Assembly (NCBI GenBank): GCA_963663225.1
Contig: OY760142.1
Span: forward strand, 1,728,001-1,792,000
Direction of reading: 5' to 3'
DNA length: 64,000 nucleotides
DNA from: Nitrospirota bacterium
Lineage (GTDB): Bacteria > Nitrospirota > UBA9217
Under the pieces are notes generated by a model. The model was not told the DNA's origin. It saw only the letters and a list, made by a program, of their open reading frames with translations, and did not search any database. This document shows positions 57,999 to 64,000 of the stretch, one piece after another. How positions within the stretch are numbered: the first letter of the stretch is position 1; each line of letters starts with the position of its first letter. The position numbers were made by a program, and so were the translations under genes.

Positions 57999-59741
57999 AT
58001 GAAGCATGATGAAACTGATGATAAAGCTGCGGGACAACCGGAAGAGGGGTTGTGCGCTCTGCAGCCGAACACGTCCACGCTGTCCATCATTCCCCTGGGA
58101 GGAGTGGGTGAAATCGGCCTGAACATGACCGTGCTTGAATACGATGGGGATATTCTTGTGATCGACGCCGGCCTGATGTTTCCCGACGCGGAGATGCTGG
58201 GCGTTGATATCGTGATACCTGATTTTTCCTATCTTATCGAAAACAGGGAAAAAGTCCGCGCAGTGGTGCTCACCCATGCTCATGAAGACCACATCGGCGC
58301 ACTCCCCTTCCTGCTGCGTGAAGTCAAGGTCCCTGTCTACGGAACCCGCCTTACGCTCGGTTTTGTCAAAGACAAACTGGAAGAACACGATCTTGACAAG
58401 GAAATCGACCTGATTGTTGTCAAACCGAGAGACACGGTGGACATCGGCTGCTTTAAAGTCGAGTTTATCCGCGTGACGCACAGCATTGTTGACGGAGTGG
58501 GGCTCGGCATTACCACCCCGGTGGGGCGGGTCGTGCATACCGGAGATTTCAAGATCGATCCGACCCCCGTGGACGGCGAGGTTATGGACCTGCGAACCTT
58601 CAGCGAATACGGCGATAAGGGGACCCTGGTGTTTCTTTCGGACAGCACGAATGCCGCACAGGGAGGCTATACCTTTTCGGAGAAGGAAGTTCGACGGGGT
58701 CTTGAAGATATTTTCAGCCGAGCCAGAGGAAGGATTGTGGTGGCGACCTTTGCCTCAAACATTCACCGCGTACAGCAGATTGTGGATGTGGCGGTCATGT
58801 ATGGACGCAAGGTGATCCTGAACGGAAAAAGCATGATCACCAACACGCAGATAGCCCTTGAACTGGGGTATCTCAAAATGCCTCCTGAAACATGGCTCAA
58901 GATAGATTCGCTCAAGGTCCTGCCGGACGATCGGGTTGTGGTCATCACGACCGGAAGCCAGGGGGAACCCATGAGCGCTCTTTCGCGCATGGCGGCAAAC
59001 GAGCACAAACATATCCAGATTAAAAAAGGCGATACGGTCGTCCTTTCGTCCAAGATGATTCCCGGCAACGAGCGGGCCATCGCAAACATCATCAATCATC
59101 TGTTTAAACGCGGCGCGGAAGTATTTTACGAAAAAGTGTCGGAAATCCATGTTTCCGGCCACGCATCCAAAGAAGAGCTTAAGCTGATGCTGAATATCGT
59201 CAAACCGAAGTTTTTCATTCCGGTCCACGGCGAATACCGGCATCTCGTGTATCATGCCCAGCTTGCAAAAAAAGTGAACATCCCCGAGGAAAACATCTTC
59301 GTTCTCGAGGACGGCGAGGTGATGGAATTTACCGTCGACTCGGCGCGGCGCGCCGGCGTGGTAAATATCGGACGGGTGTACATCGACGGGAAAATAGCCG
59401 GCTCCACCGTGGACACGGGCGTGGACACCGTGGTGCTCAGGGACCGGAGAAAGCTCGCGCATGACGGCATCGTGATTGTGATCCTCACCATCGAAAAGGG
59501 CACCGGTGCGGTCGTATCCGGACCGGACATTGTGTCGCGCGGGTTTGTGTTCGAGGACGCCTCGCAGGATTTGCTCGCCGAGGTAAAAACGGTGGTCATG
59601 GACGCGCTGGCGATTATGATCCCGGAAGCAAAAGGAGACTGGGCGCTCGTGACCGCCCAGGTCAGGACTGCCCTCAAGAAGTTCATCAACAAACGCCTTG
59701 AGCGTAGGCCCATGATTCTGCCGATTATCATGGAAATATAA
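57999..59741 (+). CDS. rnj: Ribonuclease J
   Basis: PLGGVGEIG.N, THAHEDHIG, HTGDFK, SDSTN, GSQGEP, HVSGH, PVHGE; start approximate. Confidence 0.96.
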   Translation: MKHDETDDKAAGQPEEGLCALQPNTSTLSIIPLGGVGEIGLNMTVLEYDGDILVIDAGLMFPDAEMLGVDIVIPDFSYLIENREKVRAVVLTHAHEDHIGALPFLLREVKVPVYGTRLTLGFVKDKLEEHDLDKEIDLIVVKPRDTVDIGCFKVEFIRVTHSIVDGVGLGITTPVGRVVHTGDFKIDPTPVDGEVMDLRTFSEYGDKGTLVFLSDSTNAAQGGYTFSEKEVRRGLEDIFSRARGRIVVATFASNIHRVQQIVDVAVMYGRKVILNGKSMITNTQIALELGYLKMPPETWLKIDSLKVLPDDRVVVITTGSQGEPMSALSRMAANEHKHIQIKKGDTVVLSSKMIPGNERAIANIINHLFKRGAEVFYEKVSEIHVSGHASKEELKLMLNIVKPKFFIPVHGEYRHLVYHAQLAKKVNIPEENIFVLEDGEVMEFTVDSARRAGVVNIGRVYIDGKIAGSTVDTGVDTVVLRDRRKLAHDGIVIVILTIEKGTGAVVSGPDIVSRGFVFEDASQDLLAEVKTVVMDALAIMIPEAKGDWALVTAQVRTALKKFINKRLERRPMILPIIMEI

Positions 59742-59976
59742 CCCTCCGTCCGGTTTTTTTGATAAGATTGCATTAATAGGCAATCATAAAAAGAAACGGA
59801 TAGCTCCACATTTAAAGCAGCTTTCATGTATTTTTGCATCTCCGCATTAATCTTTTCCTGCATTTTGTCGAATAGTTATTCTGTGGTTGTTGAATCACCA
59901 GCGTTTTTTGAAACAGCAATGCAGTTTCACACGGCGAAGGTTTTTTGAAAGGATGTTTTCCCGGGGAGGAAACTCT

Positions 59977-62487
59977 ATGAGCAAAGCCAGAGAAAGCAAA
60001 TTCGAATACGACAAACGGGGGCAGGACCGGGATTCTCTCCGGCATTCTCTTTGTAACCGGCTGATATATTCTCTCGGCAAGGACCCAATAACGGCGACGC
60101 ACCGCGACTGGTTTCTCACCACCGCGGATGCGGTGAGGGAACGGCTGATTGAGCGCTGGATGGAGACCATGCGCAGTTATTACGAATCTGATGTCAAACG
60201 CGTTTATTATTTGTCCATGGAATTTCTGATCGGCAGGCTGCTTTCAAACAGCCTGATGAACATGGGTTTTTATGAAGAATGCCGGGAAGCGCTTGAGGAC
60301 CTCGATCTGGATATTAACCGCATCAAGGAACTGGAAGGGGATGCCGGACTCGGGAACGGCGGACTCGGCAGGCTTGCTGCCTGTTTTCTTGACTCCATGG
60401 CAACGCTGAGTCTGCCGGGGTACGGGTACGGCATCCGGTACGAGTACGGAATGTTCTACCAGAAGATCGAGAACGGCGCCCAGGTGGAGCATCCCGACAA
60501 CTGGCTGCGTTATGGGAATCCCTGGGAGTTTGCTCGGCCGGAAGTGATTTTCCCGGTCAAGTTCGGGGGCCGCGTTGTTCAGTTCAAGGATGATCAGGGG
60601 CGCTGCCATTTCCACTGGGTCGACACGGAAGATGTGATGGCCATGGCCTACGATACACCGGTCCCGGGATATGATACGAACACCGTCAACAACATGCGCT
60701 TGTGGTCGGCAAAGGCGTCGCGCGATTTCAACCTCAAGTACTTCAACGAGGGAAATTATATCAAGGCGGTGGAAGACAAGAACGAATCCGAGAACCTCTC
60801 CAAAGTGCTGTATCCGGACGATACCACGCAGATGGGGCGGGAACTGCGGCTGAAACAGCAGTATTTTTTCGTCTGCGCATCGCTTGAAGACATCCTCCGC
60901 CGCTTCACAAAATTTCATCACTCGTTCGATGAACTGCCGGACCGGGTGGCGATCCAGTTGAACGACACGCATCCCTCCATCGCGATTCCCGAATTAATGC
61001 GTATTTTGCTGGATGTCCATCACCTTGACTGGGACCGTGCCTGGGACATTACCCAACGCACATTTTCCTACACCAACCACACGCTCATGCCGGAGGCCCT
61101 GGAAACCTGGCCTGTCAAGCTTTTTGAGTCTGTTTTGCCAAGACATCTTCAGATCATCTACGAAATCAACCGCCGGTTTCTTGATGTGGTGCACCACCAG
61201 TATCCCGGCGATACTGATCTGCTGCGCCGTCTGTCCCTCGTGGACGAGGAGGGAGGGAAACGGCTGCGCATGGCGCATCTTGCCATTGTGGGCAGCCACG
61301 CGGTGAACGGAGTGGCGCGTATTCATACCGACCTTATGAAGAAAACCATCTTCTCGGATTTCGACCGGTTTTTCCCGGGGAAGATCATCAACATCACGAA
61401 CGGCATTACCCCGCGGCGATGGTTGTGCCAGGCCAACCCGGATCTTTCCGCGCTTATTGCCTCACGGATCGGTGCGGGATGGCGCAATAATCTTGCCGAG
61501 CTCAAAAAACTGGTTCCCCTGGCGGAGGACGCCGAATTCCGCAAACAGTTCCGAGCCGTAAAATACAAAAACAAAGAGCGGCTGGCGGAAGTCATTAAAA
61601 CACGTCTTAAGCTGTCGGTGAATGCGGAATCGCTGTTCGACGTCCAGATCAAGCGCATCCATGAATATAAGAGGCAGCTTCTGAACGTGCTGCACATCGT
61701 GACCCGGTACAACCGCATCCGGGAAGGGCGTTCAGCAGAGATGGTTCCGCGCACGTTTATTTTCGCCGGCAAGGCCGCGCCGGGATATGCCATGGCAAAG
61801 CTTATTATCAGACTCATCCACAGCGTCGGCAGCATTGTGAACAACGATCCGGTCGTCGGCGGCATGATCAAAGTGGCTTTTCTTGCCGACTATAACGTGT
61901 CGAATGCGGAAAAAATCATTCCTGCGTGCGACCTGTCCGAACAGATATCCACGGCCGGAACCGAGGCCTCCGGCACCGGAAACATGAAGCTTGCTCTGAA
62001 CGGGGCGCTTACCATCGGAACCCTGGACGGTGCAAATATCGAAATCAGGGAAGAGGTGGGAGACGACAATATTTTCATTTTCGGATTGAACGCCGATGAA
62101 GTGTCCGCACTGCAGGCAGACGGATATGATCCATGGGATTTTTATAACAGCAACGCCGAGCTGAAGCAGACGCTTGATATGATCGCAAACGGTTATTTTT
62201 CCCCGGATGACCCGAACCGGTTCCGGCCTGTCTTTAACGCGCTTACATCCTTCGGCGACCATTTTCTCCTGCTGGCGGACTATGCTTCCTACATTGCCTG
62301 CCAGGAACGGGTGGATGCGCTGTACCGCAATCCCGATGAATGGACCAAGCGCGGAATACTGAACGTTGCCAATATGGGCTGCTTTTCGAGCGATCGGACG
62401 ATCAGAGAGTATACGGAGAAAATCTGGAATGTGAGGCCGATGTGTGCTGTCGTAACGGATACTTCCGGTCAGGAGTGCCGCCGCTGA
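59977..62487 (+). CDS. glgP: Glycogen/starch phosphorylase
   Basis: ATG after GGAGG; GNGGLGRLAAC, LNDTHP, YTNHT, KRIHEYKRQ, EASGTGNMK. Confidence 0.97.
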   Translation: MSKARESKFEYDKRGQDRDSLRHSLCNRLIYSLGKDPITATHRDWFLTTADAVRERLIERWMETMRSYYESDVKRVYYLSMEFLIGRLLSNSLMNMGFYEECREALEDLDLDINRIKELEGDAGLGNGGLGRLAACFLDSMATLSLPGYGYGIRYEYGMFYQKIENGAQVEHPDNWLRYGNPWEFARPEVIFPVKFGGRVVQFKDDQGRCHFHWVDTEDVMAMAYDTPVPGYDTNTVNNMRLWSAKASRDFNLKYFNEGNYIKAVEDKNESENLSKVLYPDDTTQMGRELRLKQQYFFVCASLEDILRRFTKFHHSFDELPDRVAIQLNDTHPSIAIPELMRILLDVHHLDWDRAWDITQRTFSYTNHTLMPEALETWPVKLFESVLPRHLQIIYEINRRFLDVVHHQYPGDTDLLRRLSLVDEEGGKRLRMAHLAIVGSHAVNGVARIHTDLMKKTIFSDFDRFFPGKIINITNGITPRRWLCQANPDLSALIASRIGAGWRNNLAELKKLVPLAEDAEFRKQFRAVKYKNKERLAEVIKTRLKLSVNAESLFDVQIKRIHEYKRQLLNVLHIVTRYNRIREGRSAEMVPRTFIFAGKAAPGYAMAKLIIRLIHSVGSIVNNDPVVGGMIKVAFLADYNVSNAEKIIPACDLSEQISTAGTEASGTGNMKLALNGALTIGTLDGANIEIREEVGDDNIFIFGLNADEVSALQADGYDPWDFYNSNAELKQTLDMIANGYFSPDDPNRFRPVFNALTSFGDHFLLLADYASYIACQERVDALYRNPDEWTKRGILNVANMGCFSSDRTIREYTEKIWNVRPMCAVVTDTSGQECRR

Positions 62488-62560
62488 TTATGCGGACCGG
62501 CGTAGTCATTTCATTCTAAATAATCATACACGACGAGTACACGCAAAATGGAGGCGGTGA

Positions 62561-63316
62561 ATGGATTCCTTCGCCGAACGGATTGCGGAAGCAGTACGGA
62601 TGATACAAGAAGCCGCGAAGATCACGGTGTTCACCGGGGCCGGCATCTCGACGGAGTCCGGAATATCCGACTTTCGGAGCCCCAACGGCGTGTGGGAACG
62701 GTTTCGCATCATTACCCACCAGGAATTTATGGCAAGTTATGAGGCGCGCGTAGACTACTGGAAGATGAAAAAAGAGCTGTTGCGGGAAATGAAAAACGCA
62801 CGGCCGAACAGCGCGCATCAGGCACTTGCGGCGCTTGAAAAAACCGGCAAGCTTGTCTGTCTTATTACCCAGAATATTGACGGTTTGCACCAGGCGGCCG
62901 GAAGCAAACGGGTCATCGAACTGCACGGCACAAATCTGAAAGCGGTCTGCCTTGATTGTGAAAAAACGTGGCCGATTGAGGAGATTGAAGCACGGCTTAA
63001 TGCAGGAGAACCGGCGCCGGTCTGCGCGTGCGGCGGATTCATCAAACCGGCAACGATCTCTTTCGGACAGGCAATGCCGGAGGATGAAATGATTCAGGCG
63101 CTCAGTTGTGCCGCATCCTGCGATCTTTTTCTCATGATCGGTTCCTCTCTGCAGGTTCAGCCCGCGGCCTCGGTTCCGCGTGAAGCGCATGAGCATGGAG
63201 CAAAACTTATTTTCATCAACAGGACGGAAACCCCCTATGACGGCATCGCCACGCTGCTGTTCAGGGAAAACGCAGGAGACGTGCTGTCCGAAATCATGAA
63301 AAACGTGCTGGCATAA
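62561..63316 (+). CDS. cobB: Sirtuin (NAD-dependent protein deacylase)
   Basis: GAGISTESGI.DFR, TQNIDGLH, ELHG, Zn Cys pairs, GSSL.V.PA. Confidence 0.92.
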   Translation: MDSFAERIAEAVRMIQEAAKITVFTGAGISTESGISDFRSPNGVWERFRIITHQEFMASYEARVDYWKMKKELLREMKNARPNSAHQALAALEKTGKLVCLITQNIDGLHQAAGSKRVIELHGTNLKAVCLDCEKTWPIEEIEARLNAGEPAPVCACGGFIKPATISFGQAMPEDEMIQALSCAASCDLFLMIGSSLQVQPAASVPREAHEHGAKLIFINRTETPYDGIATLLFRENAGDVLSEIMKNVLA

Positions 63317-63463
63317 GCGGGGCGGCGCTCATCCGCTCGTAAAAACGCTGACATTTTCGAGAAAGGAGGGGGCAATTCCAGGAGGAGGTTTTTTGAAGCC
63401 GGAAAGAACAAGATGTCCATGAATGTTTTCGGATGTTTCATTCTAAAAACCAGGAGGCACAGT

Positions 63464-64000
63464 ATGTCCGTGAGTGTTTTCAGAAAGATTCGCTTTACTA
63501 TTGTAATACTGATGTGTGCGCTGGTATTAGGTGTGAACCTCGGAGCCGAAGCAGCGCCTTCGTCAGGGCTGGTTTCAGAAGATTTATTTGTTCCGGCCAG
63601 CGACCCGGGCATCAACATTTTTGTCCGGAACAAACATTTAAAAAAAATGACCAGGTTTTCCTCCGAACGAATTGTTCTCTACGTTCACGGTGCAACCTAT
63701 CCTGCAGAACCGGCCTTTGACCTGCAGCTGGATGGATTGTCCTGGATGGATTTCATCGCCAAACGCGGCTGGGACGTGTATCTGATGGACGTTCGAGGCT
63801 ATGGCAAGTCAACCCGCCCGCCGCAAATGGATCGTCCCGCGGCTGAAAGCAAGCCCTTCGCCACCACGGATGAAGCAATCAAGGATGTCAGCGCGGTCGT
63901 TGACTTTATCCTCAAGCGGCGGAGTGTTGATAAGGTTAATTTAATCGGCTGGTCCTGGGGCACGGTAATGATGGGCGGATATACCGCCAAAAATAACAAC
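63464..64000 (+). CDS. Exported alpha/beta hydrolase (3'-truncated; absent from ORF track)
   Basis: ATG after AGGAGG; MSVSVFRKIRF signal peptide; VHGATYP, DVRGYGKS, GWSWG nucleophile elbow; open to window end. Confidence 0.9.
   Translation, partial: MSVSVFRKIRFTIVILMCALVLGVNLGAEAAPSSGLVSEDLFVPASDPGINIFVRNKHLKKMTRFSSERIVLYVHGATYPAEPAFDLQLDGLSWMDFIAKRGWDVYLMDVRGYGKSTRPPQMDRPAAESKPFATTDEAIKDVSAVVDFILKRRSVDKVNLIGWSWGTVMMGGYTAKNNN

Noticed and set aside
1-64000. Many overlapping antisense and alternate-frame ORFs in the track (e.g. 35620..36624, 43252..44169, 58755..59783)
   Set aside because: They shadow well-supported genes and show no motifs or SDs
1-64000. CRISPR array or cas operon suggested by the Cas4-like domain on the helicase
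   Set aside because: No regularly spaced repeat-spacer pattern and no other cas genes seen

Overview
Bacterial chromosomal window of moderate GC; gene content suggests an anaerobic Nitrospirota/Desulfobacterota-like organism (inference). The housekeeping backbone is groEL (partial), a DinG-like helicase, coaX, galT, ilvE, tRNA-Leu(GAG), comM, RNase J, glycogen phosphorylase and a sirtuin. It is interspersed with MFS transporters, two-component genes, four radical SAM genes, a BaeSR-linked MacAB-TolC efflux cluster and several AT-rich accessory islets. Signals the ORF track misses: (1) two genes that appear to recode UGA as selenocysteine, each with a SECIS-like hairpin: a YeeE/TsuA-family transporter (QRGRF-U) and an ArsS-type radical SAM (GSS-U); (2) an orphan integron-cassette-like unit, a small ORF bracketed by two attC-like palindromes with complementary core sites, after galT; (3) a nested inverted REP element; (4) several candidate operators/promoters (NarL 7-2-7, RstA-box-like, BaeR-box-like, sigma54) and three candidate leaderless genes; (5) two probable pseudo-enzymes, a dead NlpC/P60 domain and a Cys-less choloylglycine hydrolase homologue. 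All assignments come from motif recognition by eye; no searches were run.
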